NCBI GenBank assembly: GCA_963662625.1
Contig: OY759726.1
Span: 1,248,001 to 1,312,000, forward strand
Direction of reading: 5' to 3'
From: Nitrosopumilus sp.
Lineage (GTDB): Archaea > Thermoproteota > Nitrososphaeria > Nitrososphaerales > Nitrosopumilaceae
DNA: 64,000 bases
Shown here: positions 52,460-61,706 of the stretch, in pieces
How the letters are laid out: the number at the start of each line of letters is the position of its first letter
Numbering within the stretch: position 1 is the stretch's first letter
Notes under the pieces: model-generated
The model's database searches: none
The model's input: the letters and a program-made list of their open reading frames with translations, nothing else
Told to the model about the DNA's origin: nothing
Made by a program: the position numbers and the translations under genes

Positions 52460-54243
52460 TTCTTGCAGTAAAAGTTGCCCGCCGCCTTTTGTTCCTTGTC
52501 CAGCCTGCTGGCGGCCTTGTTGACCCTGGGCCTGCGGCTCCTCTCGTCCCTCCTGAACGACATGCCCAGCGACTTTAGGAACATGTTCATGGCCTCGGGC
52601 TTGGGCAGCGGCGGGGTGGCGCGGCCCGACACGCCCGGCCGCCCCTCGAAGATCACCACCGAGTCGGATATGAGGTCCATCATCTGGAGGTCGTGGTCGA
52701 TCACCACCGCCGACTTTCCGAACGAGCGGACGAACTTTTGCAGGAACTTGGCCACCGCGATCCTGTCCTCCACGTCCAGGAACGCCGACGGCTCGTCCAG
52801 CGCGTACAGGTCGGCCTCCTGCAGCAGGCAGGACGCCACCGCGACCTTCTGCAGCTCCCCGCCCGACAGGTTCATGACCCGCTTGTTGTACAGCTTCTTG
52901 ATCTTGAGCGGGTCCAGCACCTGCTCCTCCTCCTGGCTCCCCTCCACGGGGCCGCCGTTTGCCCTGTCCAGCAGCGACACGACCTCGACGTCCGAGTCGT
53001 TCTGCAGGTACTGGGGCTTGTACGCGATCCTCGCCTTCTTGGCCACCTCCCCCGAGTCGGGTTCCTCGACGCCGGCGATCATCTTCATCATGGTGGTCTT
53101 CCCCAGCGCGTTTGCCCCCATTATGCCCACGACCTCCCCCTTCCTGACGGCCCCCGGCCCTATGCCCACGGAAAACGAGGGGTACGACTTCTCGAGCGCC
53201 GGGTAGGACACCACGACCTCGCCGCCCTCCTGGGACATGCCGGCCGAGGACGAGGCGTCAAACGAGAACCCCCTGTCCCTGAACCTCACGTTCTCGCTGG
53301 GGAGGTACCCGTCCAGGAACACGTTGATGCCGATCTTGGTGGACAGGACGCTCGAGACGATCCCGTACGCCGCCGGCTCCCCGTAGAGCACCTCTATGTA
53401 GTCGCTCAGGAAGTCCAGCAGCATCAGGTCGTGTTCCACCACCATCACGCTCTTTCCGAGCCCCGCCAGGCCATGGATCACCCTTGCGACCCTCGTCCTC
53501 TGGAAGACGTCGTTGTAGGACGAAGGCTCGTCGAAGAAGTAGAACTCCGCGTCCTTCGCGGCGGCCGCCGCGATCGCCACCCTCTGCAGCTCCCCGCCGC
53601 TCAGCTCCTTGAGGTCCTTCCCCATGGAGTTCTCCAGGCCCAGCTCCCCTACCAGCCGGCCTGCCGCCCCCCTCTCGTCGTACCTCTCCAGCAGCTCCCC
53701 GCCGGTGCCGTCGAACGCCTGCGCTATGCGGTGCACCTGCTGGGGCTTGATCGACGCCCGGACGCCGCCCTGCATTATCCCCTCAAAGTGAGCCTTCAGC
53801 TCCGTGCCGCCGTAGTGCCCCAGGATCTCGTCCCATTCCGGGGGATCCTCGTGCCGCCCGAGGTTCGGCTTGAGGCCCCCCGACAGTATGTTCACGACGG
53901 TGCTCTTCCCCATGCCGTTCCGGCCCAGCAGCCCCACCACCTCCCCCTTCTTCGGGGTGGGGAGCCTGTACAGCCTGAACGAGTTGGGGCCGTACTGGTG
54001 GATCTTGTCGGCGGCCAGCTCCGACGCCAGGTTCACGATAGTTATCGCGTCAAACGGGCAGACCTTGACGCAGATCCCGCACCCGTTGCAGATGTCCTCG
54101 TCGATCCGCGCCTTCTTGGTCCCCTCGTCAAGCGCTATGCAGTCCGCGCCGGACTTGTTCACGGGGCAGTATTTTATGCACTCCAGCCCGCACTTCTTAG
54201 GCTGGCAGAGGTCCGCGTCCAGCACCGCTACTCTGTGTGCCAT
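52456..54243 (-). CDS. rli: Ribosome recycling ATPase ABCE1/RLI
   Basis: N-terminal 2x[4Fe-4S] Cys motifs, two ABC domains (LSGGELQ), RPRVNK. Confidence 0.96.
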   Translation of the reverse strand: MAHRVAVLDADLCQPKKCGLECIKYCPVNKSGADCIALDEGTKKARIDEDICNGCGICVKVCPFDAITIVNLASELAADKIHQYGPNSFRLYRLPTPKKGEVVGLLGRNGMGKSTVVNILSGGLKPNLGRHEDPPEWDEILGHYGGTELKAHFEGIMQGGVRASIKPQQVHRIAQAFDGTGGELLERYDERGAAGRLVGELGLENSMGKDLKELSGGELQRVAIAAAAAKDAEFYFFDEPSSYNDVFQRTRVARVIHGLAGLGKSVMVVEHDLMLLDFLSDYIEVLYGEPAAYGIVSSVLSTKIGINVFLDGYLPSENVRFRDRGFSFDASSSAGMSQEGGEVVVSYPALEKSYPSFSVGIGPGAVRKGEVVGIMGANALGKTTMMKMIAGVEEPDSGEVAKKARIAYKPQYLQNDSDVEVVSLLDRANGGPVEGSQEEEQVLDPLKIKKLYNKRVMNLSGGELQKVAVASCLLQEADLYALDEPSAFLDVEDRIAVAKFLQKFVRSFGKSAVVIDHDLQMMDLISDSVVIFEGRPGVSGRATPPLPKPEAMNMFLKSLGMSFRRDERSRRPRVNKAASRLDKEQKAAGNFYCKN

Positions 54244-54334
54244 GTCGTAACTCGGCGGGCAATTGCCATATACCTCTTGCGCGGGAGGGCCCCCTCAGTT
54301 ACGTTAATAGATGAGGCCGCGGCAACACCAGTCA

Positions 54335-54451
54335 AGCCGGCCATAGCGTCAGGGTGCGACCCAATCCCTTTCCGAACTTGGAAGTCAAACCTGGCGTCGC
54401 TGTTGTGCTACTAAGGTGCGAGAGCCCTTGGGAAGCAACAGTGCTGGCATC
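54335..54451 (+). rRNA. rrf: 5S rRNA (unlinked)
   Basis: GCCGGCCATAGCG...CCCAATCCCTTTCCGAACTTGGAAGTCAAAC...GGGAAGC...GTGCTGGC; end-pairing helix I; TTAATA box upstream. Confidence 0.92.
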
Positions 54452-54494
54452 CTTAATATTTTAATACCCGGGAGCCCCCCGACGGTTGATCCAA

Positions 54495-54623
54495 ATGCCA
54501 CGGTGTACAGTCTGCGGTCAATCGCTCCGGGACGACATAGTCTTCCTGAACCACATGATGGAGAAGCACGGGTTCCGGAACCCGGGCGCGGGAAGGCCGG
54601 ATCGCAACAGCCGCGGGTACTAG
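54495..54623 (+). CDS. Small C2H2 zinc-finger protein (42 aa)
   Basis: MPRCTVCGQSLRDDIVFLNHMMEKHGF...; CxxC-x12-HxxxxH; TTTTAATA box upstream. Confidence 0.6.
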   Translation: MPRCTVCGQSLRDDIVFLNHMMEKHGFRNPGAGRPDRNSRGY

Positions 54624-54729
54624 GGCCGGGCCGCCCTCGGGCGGCGGGGTGCCGGCGCCAAGGCCCGTGGGCCGCCGGCCGCCGCGTTTCCCGGGGGCCC
54701 CGCGGCCGGCATGGCCCCGGCCCGAAGCG

Positions 54730-55110
54730 TCACCCTATTGGTATCTTCTTGCTGTTGGTGAACAGGCTCGAGGATCTCACGAACGCGGACTTTGCCGTCC
54801 TGCATCCCTGCCCGCAGGCGCCGCCGGTGGCAGTCCCCGCGCGCCCTGGCCCCCTTGCCGAGGCCACCGCCCTTGCCAGGGGCAGGAGCGCGGCCCTCCC
54901 GCCGTACGCGGTCTTGCCGTCGATCAGCCAGAACATCTCCCGGGCGGACTCGCCGAGCACCTCGCCCCCCAGCCTTTCGCCCAGCGGCGTGTAGTGCCCC
55001 ACCATGGTCAGCCTGCCCCTGGCAAGAAAGTCCACGGCCTTGGCGAACTTCACGCACAGGTAGCACCTGTCGTCGAACACCACGATGGGGGCCATTCCAG
55101 AGACGTCCAT
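54730..55110 (-). CDS. DCC1-like thiol-disulfide oxidoreductase (DUF393)
   Basis: IVVFDDRCYLC (DxxCxxC) motif; YGGRAA. Confidence 0.8.
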   Translation of the reverse strand: MDVSGMAPIVVFDDRCYLCVKFAKAVDFLARGRLTMVGHYTPLGERLGGEVLGESAREMFWLIDGKTAYGGRAALLPLARAVASARGPGRAGTATGGACGQGCRTAKSAFVRSSSLFTNSKKIPIG

Positions 55111-55316
55111 GCCGTGTATTGCCCCCCGCCAAATTAAAATTTTGCACGCCGGCCGGCGGCACCGGGCGCCGGCACGCGCCCCGCGGGGGCCGCCCGGCAG
55201 GGCTCCGGGGGGCGCCCGCCCTGCCCCAAAACCCCCAATGGCGGCCGATCCCGCGCGCCTTTTCAGGCAGCCTTGACGTAGATTTTTATTCAATTCACCA
55301 AGACCATAGTCACGGA

Positions 55317-56984
55317 ATGGGTCTAAACTATTGTAAAATCAGGAGGAGCGTGCTCAGGGCCCGCAAACTGGTCATCCGGGCCACGAACGCCGCCGGATCC
55401 GGCCACCCGGGGGGCTCGTTTTCCATGGGGGAGATCCTCGGGTGCCTGTTCCACAAGCACCTGCGGTACGATCCCGCGAACCCGCAGTGGGAGGACCGCG
55501 ATCGGCTGGTGCTCTCAAAGGGGCACGCCGCGCCGGGGCTCTTCTCCAACATGGCAGTAGCGGGATACTTTCCGGACTCCGAGCTTGACACCCTGCGGAG
55601 GTTCGGCAGCAGGCTGCAGGGACACCCGGACCTCAAGTGCCCCGGGGTCGAGTTCTGCGGCGGATCGCTCGGGACGGGCCTGTCCTACTCCATAGGGCTC
55701 GCGCTCGCCGCCAAAATAGACCGCAAGGACTACCGCGTCTACACGATAATCGGGGACGGGGAGTCCAACGAGGGCCAGGTGTGGGAGGCCGCGATGACCG
55801 CGGCCAAGTACGGGGTCGACAACCTCGTGGTGTTCCTGGACAGGAACTTCATCCAGCAGGACTCGTACACCGAGAGGGTCATGCCGCTTGACGAGCGCCT
55901 GGACGGGGACGACCTCTCGGCAATGTGGAAGGACGCGTCGCGGTGGAAGACCGGCGACAAGTGGAGATCGTTCGGGTGGAACGTAATCGAGATCGACGGG
56001 CACAGGATCGAGCAGATCGACGCGGCCATCGCGAGGGCGAAAACCACGGGGGGCGCCCCCACGATGATAGTCTCCAGGACGATCAAGGGCAAGTCCGTCG
56101 AGCACATGGAGGACAACCCCATGTGGCACGGAAAGTCGCCCGACTCGGACGTGGTGCCCGTGATCAACGCGGAGCTTGACTCCCAGTTCGTGATCGCGCC
56201 CTCCATCATAGCGGGCGACATGGGGGACCTCGCAAGCGAGGTCAGGCGGTGCGTCCAGGGCAGGGCCGACTACATACACCTCGACGTCATGGACGGCCGG
56301 TTCGTCCCGGCCAAGACGTTTGACCACAACAAGATCAGGGAGCTCAGGCCCCTGACCGTGATCCCCTTCGACTCGCACCTCATGATAGACGAGCCGGAAA
56401 AGCACGTCCGGGACTATGTCGACGCCGGGAGCGACATAGTAACGGTGCACGCCGAGGCGTGCGACGCGTCAAGCTTCGGGGAGATCATCGACGTGCTGAG
56501 GCAAAGCCAGGTGGGGGTGGGACTCGCCATAAACCCCGGCACGGACCTTCCCGGGTGGTCGCTCGACTTCCTCCCGGCGATCGACCAGCTGATCGTGATG
56601 TCGGTCGTCCCGGGAAAGTCGGGCCAGAAGTTCATCGAGGCGACGCACGAGAAGACGCGCTCCCTGTCGCGGGTCCTCTCCGAGCACAAGTTTGCCGGAT
56701 ACGTGGAGGTCGACGGCGGCGTGACCGCCGGCAACGTCGGCTCCTGCTTTGCCGACGGCGCCAGGGCGTTCGTGGGCGGCAGCGCGATAATAGGCCAGCA
56801 GGACGTCCGCGGGGCGATCCGGGAGTTCAGGGACGGGGTGTCCGGGGCGAGGCGGCGGCTGCTGCTTGAAAAGGCCCACGGGCTGGGCGGCGCCGATCTC
56901 GTGAAGAAATGGATCGGGCTGCACGTGGTCGGGGGGAAGGACGGGCAGATCCGGAAGATCGCAGAGGAGGCGGGATACCTCTGA
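55317..56984 (+). CDS. Transketolase N-terminal subunit fused to ribulose-phosphate 3-epimerase
   Basis: SGHPGGS, LSKGHA, LQGHP, GDGESNEG, WHGK, then IAPSI, HLDVMDG, DSHLM, MSVVPG, VDGG. Confidence 0.92.
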   Translation: MGLNYCKIRRSVLRARKLVIRATNAAGSGHPGGSFSMGEILGCLFHKHLRYDPANPQWEDRDRLVLSKGHAAPGLFSNMAVAGYFPDSELDTLRRFGSRLQGHPDLKCPGVEFCGGSLGTGLSYSIGLALAAKIDRKDYRVYTIIGDGESNEGQVWEAAMTAAKYGVDNLVVFLDRNFIQQDSYTERVMPLDERLDGDDLSAMWKDASRWKTGDKWRSFGWNVIEIDGHRIEQIDAAIARAKTTGGAPTMIVSRTIKGKSVEHMEDNPMWHGKSPDSDVVPVINAELDSQFVIAPSIIAGDMGDLASEVRRCVQGRADYIHLDVMDGRFVPAKTFDHNKIRELRPLTVIPFDSHLMIDEPEKHVRDYVDAGSDIVTVHAEACDASSFGEIIDVLRQSQVGVGLAINPGTDLPGWSLDFLPAIDQLIVMSVVPGKSGQKFIEATHEKTRSLSRVLSEHKFAGYVEVDGGVTAGNVGSCFADGARAFVGGSAIIGQQDVRGAIREFRDGVSGARRRLLLEKAHGLGGADLVKKWIGLHVVGGKDGQIRKIAEEAGYL

Positions 56985-57955
56985 GCGGGCCGGCACTCAC
57001 CGACATGCGTTCTGCGTACTCCGAGGCCCTGATCGACGCGGGCAGGAAGCTCCCCGGCGTGGTGGTGCTGGGGGCCGACACCACGGACTCACTCAAGACC
57101 TCGGGTTTCGGAAGGGAGTTCCCCGGCAGGTTCTTCAACGTCGGGATAGCGGAGGCCAACATGGTGTCCGTGGCCGCCGGCCTCGCGGCGTCCGGGAAGA
57201 TCGCCTTCGCAAGCACGTACGCGATATTCCTGCCGGGCAGGGCGGTGGACCAGATCCGCAACGGCGTCGCGTACCCCTCCCGGCCGGGCAGGAACGGCCT
57301 GAACGTGAAGCTCGTGGCCTCCCACGGGGGCCTGTCGGTGGGCCCCGACGGCGGCTCGCACCAGCAGGTGGAGGACATAGCGATCATGCGGGCGATCCCC
57401 AACTTCCGCGTGCTGATCCCGGCGGACACCGTGGCCGTGTCGTGGCTGACAGGGCTGATGGCGCGGGAGTACGGCCCGTTCTACATGAGGATGGCCAGAT
57501 CCAAGACCCCGCTGATCCACGCCGAGTCCCAGGAATTCAGGGTCGGCAGGGGCGTCCTGCTGCGCGACGGGGACGACTGCACGATCGCGGCCTGCGGGAT
57601 CACCGTGGGCATGGCGCTAGAGGCGGCCGAGCAGCTGGGCCGCGAGGGGATCTCCTGCAGGGTGCTGGACATGTTCTCGGTAAAGCCCATCGACTCCGGC
57701 CTGCTGGAAAAGGCCGCGAGGGAGACGGGCTGTCTGGTCACCTGCGAGGAGCACAACGTGCTGGGCGGGCTGGGCTCCGCGGTGTCAGAGACCGTCTCGG
57801 AGCGCCACCCGGTGCCGGTCAGGCGCATAGGGGTGCAGGACGCGTTTGGCGAGTCGGCGCTGGACTCCGAGATCCCGCTGCTTTTGGAAAAGCACGGGAT
57901 AACATCCCTTAATATAGCCAAGCAGGCAAGGGAACTGAGGAGTACGCTGCAGTGA
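56981..57955 (+). CDS. Transketolase C-terminal subunit
   Basis: NVGIAEANM, DQIR, GPDGGSHQ, EEHNVLGGLG. Start uncertain (56981 CTG or 57005 ATG). Confidence 0.92.
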   Translation: MSGPALTDMRSAYSEALIDAGRKLPGVVVLGADTTDSLKTSGFGREFPGRFFNVGIAEANMVSVAAGLAASGKIAFASTYAIFLPGRAVDQIRNGVAYPSRPGRNGLNVKLVASHGGLSVGPDGGSHQQVEDIAIMRAIPNFRVLIPADTVAVSWLTGLMAREYGPFYMRMARSKTPLIHAESQEFRVGRGVLLRDGDDCTIAACGITVGMALEAAEQLGREGISCRVLDMFSVKPIDSGLLEKAARETGCLVTCEEHNVLGGLGSAVSETVSERHPVPVRRIGVQDAFGESALDSEIPLLLEKHGITSLNIAKQARELRSTLQ

Positions 57956-58617
57956 AGATCTTCCTTGACACCGCCAACCTGGAGTCGATCAGAAAGTTCA
58001 ACGACATGGGGCTTCTGGACGGGATCACGACGAACCCCTCGCTGCTGTCAAAGGAGGGCGGCAGCCCGTCGGACACGATGGCAGAGATCACGGCCACCGT
58101 CGCGGGGGACGTCAGCCTGGAAGTGGTCGGCACGGACCACGACGGGATGGTCCGGGAGGGCAGGCACCTGCGCCAGTACGGGACAAACGTGGTCGTCAAG
58201 GTTCCGATGACGCCGGACGGGCTGAGGGCGTGCAAGACCATGTCCTCCGAGGGGACGCCGGTCAACGTCACCCTCGTGTTCTCCCCCAACCAGGCGCTGC
58301 TGGCCGCAAAGTCGGGCGCGAGGTACGTCAGCCCCTTCATCGGCAGGCTCGACGACGTCGGGCAGGACGGGATGGGCCTGATCCGGGACATAAGGGGGAT
58401 ATTCTCGAACTACGACTTTGGGACGGAGGTGCTGGTGGCCAGCGTAAGGCACCCGCTGCACGTGGTCGACGCGGCCAAGGCCGGCGCCGACGCGGTCACG
58501 CTGCCGCCCGCCGTGCTGGACAAGATGCTGAAGCACCCGCTGACCGACATCGGGCTGAAGAACTTCCTCGCGGACTGGGAGGCGCTACGGGCGCGGAACC
58601 CCGACGCGAGGCTGTGA
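57952..58617 (+). CDS. tal: Transaldolase (FSA/TalC family)
   Basis: FLDTAN, GITTNPSL, VKVP, NVTLVFS, YVSPFIGRLDD, HPLTDIGL. Confidence 0.93.
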   Translation: MKIFLDTANLESIRKFNDMGLLDGITTNPSLLSKEGGSPSDTMAEITATVAGDVSLEVVGTDHDGMVREGRHLRQYGTNVVVKVPMTPDGLRACKTMSSEGTPVNVTLVFSPNQALLAAKSGARYVSPFIGRLDDVGQDGMGLIRDIRGIFSNYDFGTEVLVASVRHPLHVVDAAKAGADAVTLPPAVLDKMLKHPLTDIGLKNFLADWEALRARNPDARL

Positions 58618-58676
58618 CCCCCGAGAAGCATAAAAAATTGGAAAATGAAAGGCCCGTGGCCTTTCAGGACTGACGG

Positions 58677-58940
58677 CTACTTGCCGCGGCTTTTCCTGGA
58701 ACCTGTTCCCCTGCCGGTGACCCTGGTCAACCCTGCAGCAGACGGCCTGGCCTTTGGCGACGGGGTGTCTGACAGCTTCCTCCTCCCCGTCCCTCTTCCC
58801 GAGGAGACGGTTATGTCTCCGGCCGCCTTCATCCTCTCGGCTTGGACCTTCTTGAACTCCTCGCCTGAAAACTTCAGGTCCTTGACATCCACCTCGATCG
58901 TTCCAGTTCCCCTGCCGGTTCTGATCTTGACTTTTACCAT
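58677..58940 (-). CDS. Small basic protein with three GRGTG motifs
   Basis: 87 aa, K/R-rich; TGRGTG, SGRGTG, TGRGTG; TTAAATAAATA upstream. Confidence 0.7.
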   Translation of the reverse strand: MVKVKIRTGRGTGTIEVDVKDLKFSGEEFKKVQAERMKAAGDITVSSGRGTGRRKLSDTPSPKARPSAAGLTRVTGRGTGSRKSRGK

Positions 58941-59161
58941 GCTAACCTTCCGAACCTCTTGTATTTATTTAAGCTCATTGGCCCGCCTCGCGCCCCCCGG
59001 GCCCCGGGAGCCGCAGGGCAAGGGCGCGGGCCGGCGCCGGCCAGCCGGGAGCGAATCCCGGCCCGCGCCGCCGGGGGTTCAGGTCCGGCGCCACGGCTCG
59101 GGGATCCGCGCGCCTGCCACGAGCGCGGGGCCGCGCCGCCCCGGCCGGGACGCGCACGGCC

Positions 59162-60181
59162 CTACCCGCTGATCCAGCCCATCTTCTTGAAGTACGCGAA
59201 CATCAGCGCCGCCGGGATGGCCGATGCCAGGATCACCAGTATGAATGCCGTGTACGGGCCCAGGGCCGCCGGATCGCTTCCCGCCCCGCCGGGCAGGCTC
59301 ACGTTCATTCCGTAAAACGTCCCGATCACGGTGGCAGGTATGGCCAGGGTGAATATTATGGTCAGCACCGCGAGCACCTTGTTCGTCTTCTCGGTGCTCA
59401 GCACAAAGTCCGTGTCCTTGTAGATCTCCATCGTCTCCCTCGACTCTTCCAGCGTCTCGATCACCTTGTCTATGTGGTCGATCACGTCGTCAAAGTACAG
59501 GGTCAGGTCCTCGCTCTCGTCGGCGAGCCTTTTCACGTTGCCTGCGATCTCCAGCACGAACTTCTTCAGCGGGGCCACGATCCTCCGGTGCTGGTTGATC
59601 TCCCTCCTCAAGAACGCGATGTTCCTGGCCACGGACTTTGTCTCGTCAAAGACGCCGTCCTCCATGTCGTCAAGGTTCGCTATTATCCTCCTCGACGTGT
59701 GGAGCAGGTCGTCCACCAGCATGTCGATGATCTCGTGCAGCAGGAATCCCGGGGAGCGCCCCAGCAGCCTCTCCTTTCTCTGGTCGTCCGGGCCGTCCCT
59801 GCAGGCGTTCACCAGCTCCACCAGGGGCTCGAGATCCCCCTGGTGGACGGTGACCAGGAAGTCCTTTCCCAGGAACACCGACAGCGGGCTGTTCTTGGCC
59901 GCCATGGCCTTCTGCGCGAGCGGCGGAAAGTGCAGGATCACGAAAAAATGATCGTCGTAGCCGTCCAGCTTCGGGAGCTCGAACTTCGTCATGCAGTCCT
60001 CCACGTTGAGGGCGTTGAAGCCGTACCTCCCGGCGACCTCCTCGACGTCGCTCCTGTCCGGGTTCTGCAGGTCGATCCACGTGAACCCCTTGCCCAGGAC
60101 GGTCTCAGTCTTCTGCTCCACGGGCTTCTCCTCGGGCTTCCTCCCGTGGAGCAGCCTCTTCGCGATGAATCCCCTCCTCAA
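59162..60181 (-). CDS. corA: CorA-family Mg2+/Co2+ transporter
   Basis: WIDL, PKLD, YGMN signature between two C-terminal TMs. Confidence 0.93.
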   Translation of the reverse strand: MRRGFIAKRLLHGRKPEEKPVEQKTETVLGKGFTWIDLQNPDRSDVEEVAGRYGFNALNVEDCMTKFELPKLDGYDDHFFVILHFPPLAQKAMAAKNSPLSVFLGKDFLVTVHQGDLEPLVELVNACRDGPDDQRKERLLGRSPGFLLHEIIDMLVDDLLHTSRRIIANLDDMEDGVFDETKSVARNIAFLRREINQHRRIVAPLKKFVLEIAGNVKRLADESEDLTLYFDDVIDHIDKVIETLEESRETMEIYKDTDFVLSTEKTNKVLAVLTIIFTLAIPATVIGTFYGMNVSLPGGAGSDPAALGPYTAFILVILASAIPAALMFAYFKKMGWISG

Positions 60182-60242
60182 GTTGAAGAGTACCCGTGGT
60201 GCAACAAATTTAAAGCGATCGCTGCCCCGCCCCGGACCGGGG

Positions 60243-60323
60243 CTACTTCCACGGCAGGAGATAGTTCATGCCCACCCACGTGAGCCCGATAGTTATCGCC
60301 ATGGCCGGCCACCACCACCTCAT
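60243..60323 (-). CDS. Putative 26-aa membrane micropeptide
   Basis: MRWWWPAMAITIGLTWVGMNYLLPWK; AT-rich TATA-like region upstream (60345-60355). Confidence 0.45.
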   Translation of the reverse strand: MRWWWPAMAITIGLTWVGMNYLLPWK

Positions 60324-60418
60324 GCCTGAAAATTACAACGGCTTGATAATAAACCTACAGGCATGCCCGGCGCCGCAAAATCAAAGATTATTACTGGATG
60401 CCGGGCAACGTCCCCTGT

Positions 60419-60491
60419 GGCCTTCGTCGTATAGTGGCTAGTATAGGGGACTGTGGATCCCCGGACAGGGTTTCGATTACCCTCGAAGGCC
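60419..60491 (+). tRNA. tRNA-His(GTG), with genomic G at position -1
   Basis: GCCTTCG/CGAAGGC acceptor; GGGGA-CT-GTG-GA-TCCCC anticodon arm; discriminator C. Confidence 0.93.
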
Positions 60492-60501
60492 CTCCATTTT
60501 T

Positions 60502-60855
60502 TTAAAATATCCCGTACTTGCTAGACTCCATCTCTTCTTTTATCGCGAGCTTGAACCTGGGCGTCCTGCCCTCTAGGTTCCTTTCGAGCCACGCGAGAAA
60601 TTTTTTCTCCGTACCCTTGCCCTTCAGCGCGTCAAAATCGCCGCCCATGTGGTCCCTGAGCTTCTCGACGAGCCCCCTGTTCACGCTGACCACGAAGAAG
60701 TGCCACCCGAACGCGAACTCCGAGTCCGTCATGGCGAACTCGTCCTGGCTGTGCACCATCTCCTCTAGGAGGATCAGCTGGCGGGTGATCGCCCTGCTGG
60801 TCTTGTCGTAGTCGACTGCCGATACGTTGATGTTGATCCTGCCTTCCACGCACAC
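60502..60855 (-). CDS. Conserved hypothetical protein
   Basis: DSEFAFGWHFF, LKGKGTEKKFL; 115-117 aa. Confidence 0.7.
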   Translation of the reverse strand: MCVEGRININVSAVDYDKTSRAITRQLILLEEMVHSQDEFAMTDSEFAFGWHFFVVSVNRGLVEKLRDHMGGDFDALKGKGTEKKFLAWLERNLEGRTPRFKLAIKEEMESSKYGIF

Positions 60856-61068
60856 ACGTTATGCCCCCGCAAGATAAAAGGATTGGCCGGCTCGGAGGCC
60901 GCTTGCCAGCATGGGCGGCGGGCCGCCCCTGCCGCCGCGAGGTGGGGGAACGCAGGCGCCGCCCGCCCGGAGCCGGCGGCACCGCCATCACGCGCGGGCC
61001 GCCTGCCCGATCCAGCGATCTGCGCACACACGCGAAAAAATATTAAGAATGGCATGCTAGAAAGCGCG

Positions 61069-61377
61069 ATGGGGAGGATCATAGCCTGCAAGGCGGCAGA
61101 CGTCCCGCAGGGCGGGATGGTCAAAGTGTCGGTGGGCGGAAAAGACGTGCTGATCGCAAACGTAGATGGCGGGTTCTGCGCCATGGACGACACGTGCACC
61201 CACGCCGGGGCGAGCCTGTCGGAGGGGAAGCTCGACGGCTGCAGGGTGGTATGCGGCTGGCACGGGGCGGAATTTGACTGCAAGACGGGAAAAATGGCAA
61301 AATTTCCAGCGAAAATCAGGGACCTGGCCACGTACGGCGTGACCGTGGAGTCGGACAACGTGTTCTTGGAGATGTAA
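61069..61377 (+). CDS. Rieske (2Fe-2S) ferredoxin
   Basis: CTHAG...CGWHG Rieske motifs. Confidence 0.92.
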   Translation: MGRIIACKAADVPQGGMVKVSVGGKDVLIANVDGGFCAMDDTCTHAGASLSEGKLDGCRVVCGWHGAEFDCKTGKMAKFPAKIRDLATYGVTVESDNVFLEM

Positions 61378-61411
61378 CTATATACTTGTAGGTTTAGAAA
61401 AAGAGCAGAAG

Positions 61412-61681
61412 ATGGCTGACAAGAAGCAAAACGCGGAATCAATGAGGGAGGCGGTGGACACGCTTACCCAGATTGCCGGGAACAACTCCACGCCGAAGAC
61501 GATAAAAAAATCGATAACGGACCTGGTCGCTGATCTGAACGGCGAGGAGTACTCGCTGTCCGTGAGGGCGGCAAATGCGATCAGCCTGCTTGACGACGTC
61601 ACGCAGGATCCAAACCTGCCCTCTTACGTCAGGACCCAGCTATGGCAAGCGGTATCAAAACTGGAGAGCATAAGGGAGTAG
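61412..61681 (+). CDS. UPF0147 family protein
   Basis: VRAANAISLLDDVTQDPNLPSYVRT signature. Confidence 0.9.
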   Translation: MADKKQNAESMREAVDTLTQIAGNNSTPKTIKKSITDLVADLNGEEYSLSVRAANAISLLDDVTQDPNLPSYVRTQLWQAVSKLESIRE

Positions 61682-61706
61682 GCCCCCTTCACGGAACGTC
61701 CCCGCG

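Noticed and set aside
54792-55316. Long N-terminal extensions in the ORF track (transketolase, DUF1802, Rieske, PEFG-CTERM, hicB and others)
   Set aside because: The extensions run through GC-rich spacers, promoters or neighbouring genes; starts were trimmed to codons just downstream of TATA boxes or at family-typical N-termini.
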